Shown: positions 47,944 to 57,821 of the stretch, piece after piece
Layout of the letters: the number at the start of each line of letters is the position of its first letter
Position numbering within the stretch: the stretch's first letter is position 1
NCBI GenBank assembly: GCA_963754315.1
Contig: CAVWFS010000011.1
Coordinates: forward strand, 32,001-96,000
Reading direction: 5' to 3'
DNA: 64,000 nt
Source of the DNA: an uncultured Candidatus Rokubacteria bacterium
GTDB lineage: Bacteria > Methylomirabilota > Methylomirabilia > Rokubacteriales > CSP1-6
Notes under the pieces: model-generated
What the model saw: only the letters and a program-made list of their open reading frames with translations
Databases searched by the model: none
What the model was told of the DNA's origin: nothing
Translations under genes and position numbers: made by a program

Positions 47944-48897
47944 ACGCGAACCTACATCACCAAGCGGCTCGGCATCGCCGTGCTCACCTTGCTCGGCATG
48001 TCAATCGTGATCTTTGTCCTCATGCGTCTGGCTCCAGGCGACATCGTGGACATCCTCTTCGCCACCGGCGGCTACGTGAACGATGCCGACAAGAAGCTCA
48101 TCATGCGGGAGCTCGGTATCGATCGGCCCATGTGGGTGCAGTACATCGACTGGCTCCGCCATTTTCTGACCGGGGACCTCGGCAAGTCATACCGCTACGA
48201 TCTGCCCGCCTGGGAGATCATCAAGCCGCTCATTCCGGTGACGGTGGAGCTGGCCGTCCTCTCCACCATCATCGCCGTGCTCCTCGGGGTGCCCACCGGC
48301 GTCATCAGCGCCGTCCGTCAAGACACGGCCTTCGACTACGCCCTGCGCATCTTCTCGCTGGCCGGGCTCTCCATGCCGTCCTTCTGGCTCGGCATGGTCA
48401 TCATCTTGGTTCTGGTCGCCTGGTTTGGGTGGATTCCCCCCGTCACCTACGTCTCTCCGACCCAGGACCTCAAGATTCACCTGGTGCAGTTTCTGCTGCC
48501 GGCCCTGGCCGTCGGCTATCGCTCGTCCGCGCTCATCACCCGCATCACCCGCTCGGCGGTGCTCGAGGTGATGCGCGAGGACTATATCCGGACGGCCTGG
48601 GCCAAGGGGCAGAACGGGCGTGTGGTCATCTGGCGGCATGCGCTCAAGAACGCCATGCTGCCCGTGATCACGGTGATCGGCATCGAGTTCGCCTTTCTCA
48701 TCGGGGGTCTGGTGGTGACGGAGACGGTGTTCAACCTCCCCGGAGTGGCCCGCTTTCTCGTGCAGGCCATCCTGTGGCGTGACTACCCGATCGTGCAGAA
48801 CCTCGTGATGTTCATCGCCATCGTGGTGATCCTGTCGAACCTCGCCGTGGACATGCTCTACGGCTTCTTCGATCCGCGGGTGCGCTATGGCGACTGA
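47944..48897 (+). CDS. Peptide ABC transporter permease (DppB-like); apparent ACG start
   Basis: (T)RTYITKRL..., PGD, GDLGKS, SMPSFW, EDYIRTAWAKG, HALKNA, DPRVRY. Confidence 0.92.
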   Translation, partial: TRTYITKRLGIAVLTLLGMSIVIFVLMRLAPGDIVDILFATGGYVNDADKKLIMRELGIDRPMWVQYIDWLRHFLTGDLGKSYRYDLPAWEIIKPLIPVTVELAVLSTIIAVLLGVPTGVISAVRQDTAFDYALRIFSLAGLSMPSFWLGMVIILVLVAWFGWIPPVTYVSPTQDLKIHLVQFLLPALAVGYRSSALITRITRSAVLEVMREDYIRTAWAKGQNGRVVIWRHALKNAMLPVITVIGIEFAFLIGGLVVTETVFNLPGVARFLVQAILWRDYPIVQNLVMFIAIVVILSNLAVDMLYGFFDPRVRYGD

Positions 48898-49801
48898 ACC
48901 GGTGGCGGCGCCGGCGGGGGTCGAGGTGGTGCTGGGCAGCCGGACCACCCACCGGGAGAGCGCCGCGAGCGTGTTACTCCGTTTCTGCCGCAAGAAACCT
49001 CTGGGTGCCGTGGGCGGGGCCATCATACTGGCCATGCTGGTGGTGGCCATCTTCGCGCCGCAACTGGCCACCCACGATCCCATCGCCACCTCGGCCGCGG
49101 CCACCCTGGCGCCCCCCGGCCCCGAGCACTGGCTGGGAACGGACCATCTCGGTCGCGACACGTATAGCCGTCTCATCTGGGGCACCCGGGTGTCCCTCAT
49201 CGTCGGCGTCGCCTCGACCTTGTTCGGCTCGTTCCTGGGCGGGGTCATCGGGCTACTCTCCGGGTACTTCGGGGGCACGCTCGATCTCATCACCCAGCGC
49301 TTGCTCGACATCCTGCAGGGGCTGCCGCTGCTCGTGCTCGCGCTGGTCATGGCCGCGTCGCTTGGGCCGTCCATTCCCAATGTCGTGGTGGCCATCTCCA
49401 TTCCCATCATGCCGCGGGCGGCGCGGGTGATTCGCGCGAGCGTGCTCTCGATCCGGGAGATGCAGTACGTGGAGGCGGCGCGCGCTCTCGGCCTGCTGCA
49501 CCTGCGTATCGCCTTTCGCCACGTCATGCCCAACACGATCGGCCCCTTCATCGTGTTGATGACCGCCCAGCTGGGAAGCGCCATCCTTACCGAAGCGGCG
49601 CTGTCCTTTCTGGGCCTCGGCGTGCCCGAGCCCTATCCGTCATGGGGCCGCATGTTGTCGGTGTCGGCGGCGGAGTACGCGCAGAAGGCACCCTACCTCG
49701 TGCTCTTTCCCGGCATCGCGATCAGCCTCGCCGTCTTCGGGTCGAATCTGCTCGGCGACGCTCTGCGCGACACGCTCGATCCCCGTCTGCGCGGCGCCTG
49801 A
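48887..49801 (+). CDS. Peptide ABC transporter permease (DppC-like)
   Basis: HWLGTDHLGRD, YVEAARALG, EAALSFLGLG, GDALRDTLDP. Confidence 0.93.
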   Translation: MATEPVAAPAGVEVVLGSRTTHRESAASVLLRFCRKKPLGAVGGAIILAMLVVAIFAPQLATHDPIATSAAATLAPPGPEHWLGTDHLGRDTYSRLIWGTRVSLIVGVASTLFGSFLGGVIGLLSGYFGGTLDLITQRLLDILQGLPLLVLALVMAASLGPSIPNVVVAISIPIMPRAARVIRASVLSIREMQYVEAARALGLLHLRIAFRHVMPNTIGPFIVLMTAQLGSAILTEAALSFLGLGVPEPYPSWGRMLSVSAAEYAQKAPYLVLFPGIAISLAVFGSNLLGDALRDTLDPRLRGA

Positions 49802-50066
49802 CCTCGCCGGCCTCGGCGTGCGTCAGTCGGGGAAATCCTGGCGCTGAGCGCGACAAACGAGCCAGACAGTGTCGTGACCATCTACGGTCCGGTGATCGGT
49901 TCGAAGTGCAGGTCAGCCAGCGCAATCCGAGGAGCACCAACAACCCTGCGTTGAGTCTCTGCCGAGATCGTCGTCACACTCGCCTTCGGTTCTGCTCGCC
50001 CGGTTTCTCGCACCGTACTGCATTTCAGACATTGATGCGGACGATCTCGACGCGCACACTACACCG

Positions 50067-50600
50067 GTGCTGCTCACGGAGCTGCTGGTGGCGCTCTCGT
50101 TGCTGGGCCTGGTGTTGGCGGCCCTCACACCGACCCTGGAGCACGTGGCGCGTGCTTTCGCAGAGGGCGCCGCCCGGGTGGAGGCCCAGCAGAGCGCGCG
50201 GGTGGCGCTCGAGCGTCTGGCCCATGACATCCGGGCCGCCGGCTACGGACGCGCGTCGGTGGACTTCGCCGCGGTGGCGGTGGCCGATTCGGCGCGCGTC
50301 GTGCTGCAGTCAGACCTGAACGGCGACGGGATCATCGCCGGGGCGGGCGAGACGATCACCTGGCGCCTGGCCTCCGACATCCTGCGTCGCGACGCCGGCG
50401 GTGGCGCCCAGCCCATCGTGAACGGTGTGCGCTCGTTCACCCTCGTCTATCTCGACGCGACCGGCGTGGCCACCTCCACTCCATCGGCCGTCCGTTCCGT
50501 GCGAATCGAGCTCACCACGGCGCCGACCCGCACGGCGGGGCCGCCCGGAAGCGATATCGTCAGCACCTTGACCACCACCGTACGCCTGCGCAATCGCTGA
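50067..50600 (+). CDS. Type IV pilin/PilW-like protein, prepilin leader degenerate
   Basis: LLTELLVALSLLGLV hydrophobic helix, QQSARVALERLAHDIRAAGY, DLNGDG, C-terminal VRLRN. Confidence 0.72.
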   Translation: MLLTELLVALSLLGLVLAALTPTLEHVARAFAEGAARVEAQQSARVALERLAHDIRAAGYGRASVDFAAVAVADSARVVLQSDLNGDGIIAGAGETITWRLASDILRRDAGGGAQPIVNGVRSFTLVYLDATGVATSTPSAVRSVRIELTTAPTRTAGPPGSDIVSTLTTTVRLRNR

Positions 50601-50657
50601 GCCCCGACCGGCTGGCGCATTTTTTGGGTGTGCTAGAAGCACGCCATGAGGTCGTCT

Positions 50658-50988
50658 CGCATCGCCGAGGCCACCGGCAAGACCGATTTCCAGCGGGAAT
50701 TCACGTCATCGAGGACACGCAGGTCAACGCGTTCTGCCTGCCCGGCGGCAAGGTCGCAGTCTACACGGGGATCCTGCCCATCACGCGCGACGACGCAGGC
50801 CTGGCCGCCGTGGCCAGGCCGGGTATCATCCCTCGGCCGCAAAGGAACTTTGGGTTAGAATTAAAGCGGCCTCTCGCGGCGGTCAAAAGCCTCCCGAGTT
50901 CCTGTCCACCCACCCGTCCGAAGCGACCCGCATCAAGCAGATCGAGGGCTGGTTGCCGGAGGCGATGAGCTACTACCGGCCCCGTTAG
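50658..50988 (+). pseudogene. M48 metallopeptidase remnant
   Basis: RIAEATGKTDF.EF / VIEDTQVNAFCLPGGKVAVYTGIL...LAAV / PEFLSTHPS..TRI in different frames; the HExxH core is missing. Confidence 0.8.
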
Positions 50989-51156
50989 AGGCTCTCAGAG
51001 GCCCCCTCCGGGCCCCCTTTACCCAGTCGGATCTCCCCTTTTTCCCCGAAAAAGCCCAAAAGCCCCAGTCGTGGGGTTCTACCCTGAAATGAACCCCACC
51101 CATCGTCTGGGAATCCTAACTGAGCCAGAATCGCCTTTTAAATCTGAACTTTTGGC

Positions 51157-51221
51157 TTGACACTGTTCAGGCCGAACGCTAATGTCGCCGTGGGGTGGAG
51201 CAAAGTGGGATGAAATCCCAC
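51157..51221 (+). promoter_or_regulatory. dcw (mra) sigma70 promoter with MraZ-type GTGG repeats
   Basis: TTGACA-17nt-TAATGT; GTGG at 51190, 51195 and 51205; inverted CCCAC at 51217. Confidence 0.8.
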
Positions 51222-51244
51222 AAGGCGGGCGACGAGCAGGGAGC

Positions 51245-51694
51245 ATGTTTAGGGGACGGTTCGAGCACTCGATCGATGGGAAAGGACGCCTGAGTGTGCC
51301 GGCACGGTTCCGGGAAGCGCTTGCCCAGCGGTTCGACGGTGACATGAACCTGGTGGTGGTGCCCAACGAGCGCTGTCTGGAAGTCCATCCTCTCTCGCAG
51401 TGGGAGGCCATCGAGGCGCGCGCGCGTGAGAGCTCGCTCTTCGACGAGCGCACGCGCGACTTCGGCCGTCTCTACGTCTCGCGGGCGCGCGATCTCGAGA
51501 TCGACACGGCCGGGCGGATTCTGCTCCCGCCGGACTCGCGCCAGTACGGGGCGCTCGATCGTGAGGTGACGTTGGTCGGCGGGGGTGGGCCGTACTTCGA
51601 GATATGGGATCGCAAGCGGTTCGAGGAATACGAACGCACGGAGCAGCATAAGCTGCCCGATCTGTTCAGCGCGATGGCGAACCGGGGAGTCTAG
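51245..51694 (+). CDS. mraZ: Transcriptional regulator MraZ
   Basis: MFRGRFEHSIDGKGRLSVPARFR, DTAGRILLP, FEIW. Confidence 0.96.
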   Translation: MFRGRFEHSIDGKGRLSVPARFREALAQRFDGDMNLVVVPNERCLEVHPLSQWEAIEARARESSLFDERTRDFGRLYVSRARDLEIDTAGRILLPPDSRQYGALDREVTLVGGGGPYFEIWDRKRFEEYERTEQHKLPDLFSAMANRGV

Positions 51695-52569
51695 CAGTTC
51701 ACGTCCCGGTTCTCGTGGACGAGGTCGCGTTTCTCCTGCGGCCCCGCCAGGAGGGCTGGGTGATCGATGGGACGGTCGGGATGGGTGGACACGCAGCGGC
51801 GCTCCTAGAGGGAACGAGCGCCGGCGTTCGTCTTCTGGGGTTGGATGCGGATCCGGAGGCGCTTGCGCGGGCGGGTGAGCGGCTGGCGCCCCTTGGCGAC
51901 CGCGTTCGCCTCGAGCGGGCCAGCTTTCGCGACCTGCTGATTGTCGCCCGCCGTCTCGACGTGATTGCCGCGCAGTCGATCCTGCTCGATCTCGGCATCT
52001 CGTCCTTCCAGCTCGACGAGTCGGGGCGGGGATTCTCGTTCCAGACGGACGAGCCGCTCGATATGCGGATCGATCCGGCCGCCGGTCCACGCGCGGCCGA
52101 TCTCCTGAACGCGCTGCCGGAACGGGATCTGGCCCAAATGCTCCATGAATACGGTGAGGAGCGGCACGCTCGCCGTATCGCGCGTGCCATCGTGCGGCGC
52201 CGACCCCTCACCACCACGAGCGACCTGGTAGCGGCCGTGCGCAGCGCGGTGCCGCGCCAGGCCTGGCCGCGGCGTCTTCACGTGGCCACACGAACGTTTC
52301 TGGCCGTGCGCATGGCCGTCAACGATGAGAGGGGGGCGTTGCGCGAGGCGCTCCCCGCCGCCGCTGCCCTGCTCGCTGTCGGCGGCCGGCTTGGCGTCAT
52401 CTCGTTCCACTCCGGGGAGGACCGAGTCGTGAAGCAAACGTTTCGCCTGCTTGCTGCCCGTGGGTTCACGGAGCTGGAACCGTCGCCGCTCCGACCGAGC
52501 GACGACGAGGTGCGCGCCAACCCGCGCGCGCGGAGCGCGAAGCTGCGCGTGTTGGAGCGAGGGGCATGA
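51691..52569 (+). CDS. rsmH: 16S rRNA m4C1402 methyltransferase (start uncertain)
   Basis: HVPVL, DGTVGMGGH, DLGISS, RGFSF, PLDMR, ISFHSGEDR, NPRARSAKLR. Confidence 0.95.
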   Translation, partial: LAVHVPVLVDEVAFLLRPRQEGWVIDGTVGMGGHAAALLEGTSAGVRLLGLDADPEALARAGERLAPLGDRVRLERASFRDLLIVARRLDVIAAQSILLDLGISSFQLDESGRGFSFQTDEPLDMRIDPAAGPRAADLLNALPERDLAQMLHEYGEERHARRIARAIVRRRPLTTTSDLVAAVRSAVPRQAWPRRLHVATRTFLAVRMAVNDERGALREALPAAAALLAVGGRLGVISFHSGEDRVVKQTFRLLAARGFTELEPSPLRPSDDEVRANPRARSAKLRVLERGA

Positions 52570-52937
52570 CGCGCGAGCAACGGCTTCATCGCGAGACCGA
52601 TCCGCGCGTCGGTCGCTCCCTCGGCCTGACCGCCGTGTGCGCCGTCTGCCTGGTGGTGGCGGCTCTCTTCGTGGTGGCCGTGCGCGTCCAGCATGTCCGC
52701 CTCAGCTACCAACTCGATGCCTTGCGCACCGAACGCACCCGGGTGGAGAACCTCATCCAGCAGCTCGAGGTACAGGTCGCCACCCTGCGTGCGCCGCGCC
52801 GGCTCGAGTCTCAGGCTCGTCGGCTCGGCCTGACCGTCCCGGCGCCTGAACAGGTGGTGAATGCGCGCGAGTTCGTGACCGGACGTGGCGGCCCCGCGGC
52901 CGCCGGCTCCGCCCGGATCGAGGCGCAAGTGCGTTGA
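52566..52937 (+). CDS. ftsL: Cell division protein FtsL
   Basis: TM helix plus leucine-zipper-like coil, between rsmH and ftsI. Confidence 0.85.
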   Translation: MTREQRLHRETDPRVGRSLGLTAVCAVCLVVAALFVVAVRVQHVRLSYQLDALRTERTRVENLIQQLEVQVATLRAPRRLESQARRLGLTVPAPEQVVNAREFVTGRGGPAAAGSARIEAQVR

Positions 52938-54904
52938 GCTTGTCGGGCCTCCGGACTCGGGTCCTCGTGCTCGCGGCCCTCCTGGCGGGAGCATTCCTGG
53001 GCCTGACCGGGCGTCTGGCCTATCTGCAGATCGTTCGCCATGCCGAGCTGGTGCAGATGGCCGAGCGCCAGTACTCGCGCACGGTTGTGCTGCCCGCGCG
53101 CCGAGGTCCAATCGTGGATCGACACGGCGCCGCGCTGGCCACCTCCACGCCGGCGGAGTCGCTCTTCGCCCACCCGCGCGGGGTCGGCGATCCGGTGCGG
53201 GTGGCGGCGCGCCTGGCTCCGATCCTCCAGCTTCCCGAGCGTGATCTGCACGCGATGTTTACCAGCGCACGTCCCTTTGTCTGGATACGCCGCAAGTTAC
53301 CGCCGGCGGTCGCGGAGCAGGTGCGGGCGCTGCGGGAGTCCGGGCTCGGCTTCGTGCCTGAGCCCATGCGGCTTTATCCGAACCGGGAGCTGGCGGCCCA
53401 CGTCATCGGATTCGAGGGGGCCGACGGGGGCCTGGAGGGAGTCGAGCGGGCGTTCAATACCGATCTGGCAGGCGCGGACGGTCGGGCGGTGGTCGGCCGC
53501 GACGCTTTGGGTCGTGACGTCGTCCTGCAGCGGATCGTGCAGGATCCCGTGCCCGGAGCGGGTGTCATGCTGACGCTCGACAAGACCATCCAGTATGTGG
53601 CGGAGCGAGAGCTGGAGGCGGTGTATCGTCGGACCGGGGCCAAGGCGGCCATGGCGGTGGCGATGGATCCACGGACCGGTGATGTCCTCGCGGCCGCCAT
53701 CCGCCCCACCTTCAACCCGAACATCTTCGCGGAGCTGCCCTCGCGCGATGTCGTGCGCAACCGCGCCATCACCGACCCCTTCGAGCCGGGCTCCACCTTC
53801 AAGGCCATCATGGCCGCGGCTGCCCTCGAGGAGCGGGTGGTGCGGCCCGAGGACCGCATCTATGCGGAGAACGGCGCCATCACCATCGCCCGGGCCACCA
53901 TCCACGACTGGAAGCGCTACGGGTGGCTGACCTTCGCCGAAGTTCTCCAGAATTCCTCCAACGTCGGCTCCATCAAGGTGGGACTCTCGCTCGGGAGCGA
54001 GCGTTACTACCGATACATGACGGCTTTTGGCTTCGGTGCTCCCACCGGGGTGGGGCTGAGTGGTGAGAGTCGAGGGCAGCTACGCGACCCGCGCCGCTGG
54101 TCGGCGCTGTCGCTGCCGACCATGTCGATCGGCCAGGAGATCTCGGTCACCGCGTTGCAACTCGTGGGGGCGTTCGGCGCCATTGCCAATGGTGGTGTCC
54201 TGATGCAGCCTCGGGTAATCCGGGCGTTCGTCGACGGAGACGGGCGCGAGGTGAGGCGCATCGAGCCGAAGGCCGTCCGTCATGTGATCTCCCGGGACAC
54301 CTCGCGCGTGCTCACCCGCATCCTCACCAACGTGGTGAGTGCCGGCACGGGCCGTCACGCGGCGATTCCCGGCTACGACGTGGCTGGCAAGACGGGCACG
54401 GCCCAGAAGCTCGATCCCGCCACCCGCCGCTATTCGCGCGCCCCTGGCGTGCTCTCGTTCATCGGGTTCGCGCCGGCCGACGATCCGCGCTTCGTGATGC
54501 TGGTCATGCTCGACGAGCCCAAGAACGAGAAGTGGGGAAGCGAGGCGGCAGCCCCCGTCTTCGCCGCGATCGGACGCGAGATCCTCCGCTATCTCGAGGT
54601 GCCCGCGCGGGGCACACAGCCCGTGCAGATTATCGCCTCGACCGGCGAGTCGTCAGTGGCACGCCTCAGAATGGCGGAGGGGACGCCCATCGCGCCGCTC
54701 GACGCGGGCGCGGCCATGCCCGATCTGCGCGGGCGCAGTCTGCGCCACGCCCTGACCCTGCTGGCACCGTTGCGGATGGAGGTCGCGATCAGCGGGCACG
54801 GCTTCGTGGCCGCCCAGGTCCCGGCGCCCGGCGTCGGCGTGGAGCCGGGCATGCCGGCCTCGCTGTCGCTGATTGCGCAGGCGGGGAAGCGAGCGAGCGA
54901 ATGA
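52934..54904 (+). CDS. ftsI: Penicillin-binding protein 3 with C-terminal PASTA domain
   Basis: RGPIVDRHG, EPGSTFK (SxxK), SSN, KTGTAQK, MPDLRG. Confidence 0.95.
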   Translation: MSLSGLRTRVLVLAALLAGAFLGLTGRLAYLQIVRHAELVQMAERQYSRTVVLPARRGPIVDRHGAALATSTPAESLFAHPRGVGDPVRVAARLAPILQLPERDLHAMFTSARPFVWIRRKLPPAVAEQVRALRESGLGFVPEPMRLYPNRELAAHVIGFEGADGGLEGVERAFNTDLAGADGRAVVGRDALGRDVVLQRIVQDPVPGAGVMLTLDKTIQYVAERELEAVYRRTGAKAAMAVAMDPRTGDVLAAAIRPTFNPNIFAELPSRDVVRNRAITDPFEPGSTFKAIMAAAALEERVVRPEDRIYAENGAITIARATIHDWKRYGWLTFAEVLQNSSNVGSIKVGLSLGSERYYRYMTAFGFGAPTGVGLSGESRGQLRDPRRWSALSLPTMSIGQEISVTALQLVGAFGAIANGGVLMQPRVIRAFVDGDGREVRRIEPKAVRHVISRDTSRVLTRILTNVVSAGTGRHAAIPGYDVAGKTGTAQKLDPATRRYSRAPGVLSFIGFAPADDPRFVMLVMLDEPKNEKWGSEAAAPVFAAIGREILRYLEVPARGTQPVQIIASTGESSVARLRMAEGTPIAPLDAGAAMPDLRGRSLRHALTLLAPLRMEVAISGHGFVAAQVPAPGVGVEPGMPASLSLIAQAGKRASE

Positions 54905-54905
54905 C

Positions 54906-56400
54906 ATGGCGCGTGGTGCGCTGGCCGTGACGGCGCTGCTCGAGGCGCTGCCCAACAACAGGGTGCACGGAACCTTGCCGTCCACCGTGGCCCGGATCGT
55001 CAGCGACTCGCGTCAGGTGGAACCCGGTGACTGCTTCGTGGCCGTGCCCGGGTTCAAGGAGGATGCCCGTCGCTTCGCCTCGGACGCGGTGGCGCGCGGG
55101 GCGACCCTGATCGTCAGCGAGGGTACGTTCCTGGACGTGGCGGCGCCTCAGATCCTCGTGCCATCAGCGCGTCGTGCTCTGTCGCGGCTGGCCGCCCTGT
55201 ACTACGGACGTCCTTCGCACAGGCTCACTCTGGTCGGCATTACCGGCACCAACGGCAAGACGACGACCTCGTACCTGGTGGAGGCTCTCCTGCGCGGGCG
55301 CGGGCTCGGCACCGGCGTCATCGGCACCATTCAGTACGTGATCGGTGACGAGCGTCACAAGGCGGGCCAGACCACGCCGGAAGCGCTGGACATCGAGGCC
55401 ATGCTGGCCCGGATGCTCGAGATGGGCGTGGGGGGCGTCGTCCTCGAAGTGTCCTCGCACGCCCTCGTCCTCGAGCGTGTGCAGGAGCTGGCCTTCGACG
55501 TGGCAGTGTTCACGAATCTCACCCAGGACCATCTCGATTTTCACGGAACCCTCGAGGCGTACGCGCGCGCCAAACGGCGCCTGTTCGAGCTGCTCGCCGA
55601 TTCGCCCAAGCCCCGCCGCACGGCGGTGGTGAACGCGGACGACCCCGCGGGCCGGGTCATGGTCGAAGGCCTGCCGCTCACGGTGCTCAGCTTCGGTCTC
55701 GGCCAAGACGCGCGCGTGCGCCCCGTCGAGCATGCCTCAACCATCGACGGAATCCGCCTGACGGTGTCTACGCCTCGTGGGCGACTGAGCCTCTCGTCCC
55801 CGCTGATCGGCGAGCACAACGTCCGCAACCTGCTGGGAGCGGTGGCGGTCGGTCTCGCTCTCGAAATGGAGCCACCGGCGATCGCCGCCGCGCTGGCCAC
55901 CGTCGACACCGTGCCGGGCCGATTCGAGCAGATCCGGGTGGGGCAACCGTTTCTGGTGGTCGTCGACTACGCCCATACGCCCGATGCGCTCGAGCGCGTG
56001 CTGACCACTGCACGCAAGCTGACCCGAGGCCGCCTGGGTACGGTGTTCGGCTGCGGCGGCGACCGGGATCGTGGCAAGCGGCCGCTCATGGGGGCGATCG
56101 CGGCTCGGCTCTGCGACCGCGTGTGGATCACGTCTGACAACCCGCGCTCCGAACCTCCTGAGGTCATCATCGACGAGATTCTGAGCGGCATCGACGGCGG
56201 TAAGGTCGACACGAGCCGCGTGACACGCCTGGCCGACCGCCAGGGAGCCATTCGTGCGGCCCTTGACCTGGGCCACTGCCGGTGATGCGGTCGTCATCGC
56301 GGGGAAGGGTCACGAGACGTACCAGATCATCGGCACCGCCGTCCTCCCCTTCGACGACCGGGAAGTTGCGCGCCAGATCCTCCGGGAAGACCGCCCATAG
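54906..56400 (+). CDS. murE: UDP-MurNAc-tripeptide synthetase; +1 indel near 56268
   Basis: GITGTNGKTT, TTPE, EVSSH, DYAHTPDA, GCGGDRD, DNPR. AGKGHETYQ...FDD continues in another frame to TAG 56400. Confidence 0.93.
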
Positions 56401-57812
56401 CGTCCCGGGGCCCGCGGTTCACCGTGCAGGACATCGTCAGCGCGAGCGGCGGGGCGCTGGTGGCGGGTGATCTCGCCTTGCCCGTGGCTGGTGTGTCGAT
56501 CGATTCGCGAACGCTCCGGATCGGTGAGGCCTTCTTCGCCATTCGCGGCCACTGGCGCGACGGTCACGACAACGTGAGCGAGGCAGCGGCCCGCGGCGCC
56601 TGCTGCGTGGTCGTCCATACGATGCCAGACGATCCACCGCCCGGTATGCCCCTGGTGCTGGTCGATGACACGACCATGGCCTTGGGACGCCTGGCCGCCC
56701 GCCACCGCGCGCGTTTTTCCATTCCGCTGGTGGCCGTCACCGGCTCGAACGGGAAGACCACGACCAAGGAGCTGATCGCGGCCGTGCTGGCACGCCGATT
56801 CTCGCTGCTGAAGTCCGAGGCGAGTTTCAACAATCAATGGGGGTTGCCGCTGACGCTGTTGCGGCTCACCTCCGAGCACGAGGCGGCCGTGGTAGAGATC
56901 GGGACGAATCAGCCCGGCGAGATCGCGACCCTGACCGCGCTCGCCGCACCGACCATCGGGGTGGTGACCACGGTCGCCGAGGTCCATACCGAGTTTCTCG
57001 GCTCGCTGGAGGGGGTACGCGAGGAGAAAGCTGCGCTCGTCCGCGCCCTGCCGGTCTCGGGCGTGGCCGTGCTGAATGCCGATGACCCGCGCGTGCTCGG
57101 CATGGCCGCCGACACCCCCGCCCGGGTGGTGACCTTCGGGACGACACCGAACGCGGACGTGCATGTGGCCTCGCCGGTCGCCGAGGACTCGAAGACCATC
57201 GGGTTCACGGTCGAGCACGACGGTGAACGTGCCGCCGTCCGGTTCGCGCTCGTCGGCCGACACAACGTCATCAATGCCTTGGCGGCGGCGGCCACGGGTG
57301 TCGCGCTCGGGTTGTCGCTGGCCGAGGTCGCAGAAGGCCTCGCTGCCGCCCGTGCGGTCAAGGGACGTTGTGTGTGGCGAGAGGCGAACGGCGTTCGCAT
57401 CCTCGACGACACCTACAACGCCAACCCGGTCTCGGTGCGAGCGGCCCTTGAGACGGTCACCGTGCGTCGAGGACGGGGTCGATTGGTGGTGGTGCTGGGC
57501 GACATGCTGGAGCTTGGCAGCGTTGCCGACGAGGCTCACCGCGAAGTTGGTCGCCTGGTGGCCGCCCTGGGCGCAGACGAGCTGGTGGGAGTCGGCCCGC
57601 GAGCGCGGCTGGCCGTGGAGGCGGCCCGCGCGGCTGGACTCCCAGAGACACGCCACGTGCTGACGTTCGAGGACACGGTGGCCCATCTGCTCAAGCGCCT
57701 CGCGCCCGACGACGTCGTCCTCGTGAAGGGCTCGCGCGGCATGCGGCTGGAACGGGTGGTCGACGCGCTGCTGGCGCGGATCCCTCCGCCGGGACCGCAG
57801 CCGGGGACATGA
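56397..57812 (+). CDS. murF: UDP-MurNAc-pentapeptide synthetase (start ATA 56397 or GTG 56424)
   Basis: IDSR, TGSNGKTTTK, FNNQWGLP, DDTYNANP, GDMLELG, VKGSRGM. Confidence 0.95.
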   Translation: MASRGPRFTVQDIVSASGGALVAGDLALPVAGVSIDSRTLRIGEAFFAIRGHWRDGHDNVSEAAARGACCVVVHTMPDDPPPGMPLVLVDDTTMALGRLAARHRARFSIPLVAVTGSNGKTTTKELIAAVLARRFSLLKSEASFNNQWGLPLTLLRLTSEHEAAVVEIGTNQPGEIATLTALAAPTIGVVTTVAEVHTEFLGSLEGVREEKAALVRALPVSGVAVLNADDPRVLGMAADTPARVVTFGTTPNADVHVASPVAEDSKTIGFTVEHDGERAAVRFALVGRHNVINALAAAATGVALGLSLAEVAEGLAAARAVKGRCVWREANGVRILDDTYNANPVSVRAALETVTVRRGRGRLVVVLGDMLELGSVADEAHREVGRLVAALGADELVGVGPRARLAVEAARAAGLPETRHVLTFEDTVAHLLKRLAPDDVVLVKGSRGMRLERVVDALLARIPPPGPQPGT

Positions 57813-57821
57813 GGGGCGGCA

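Noticed and set aside
49802..50066. Riboswitch or ncRNA upstream of the pilin-like gene
   Set aside because: I could not match a known aptamer consensus by eye. An Rfam/Infernal scan would be needed.
56260..56285. Programmed frameshift in murE
   Set aside because: There is no slippery heptamer or evident stimulator, and similar indels occur in unrelated genes.
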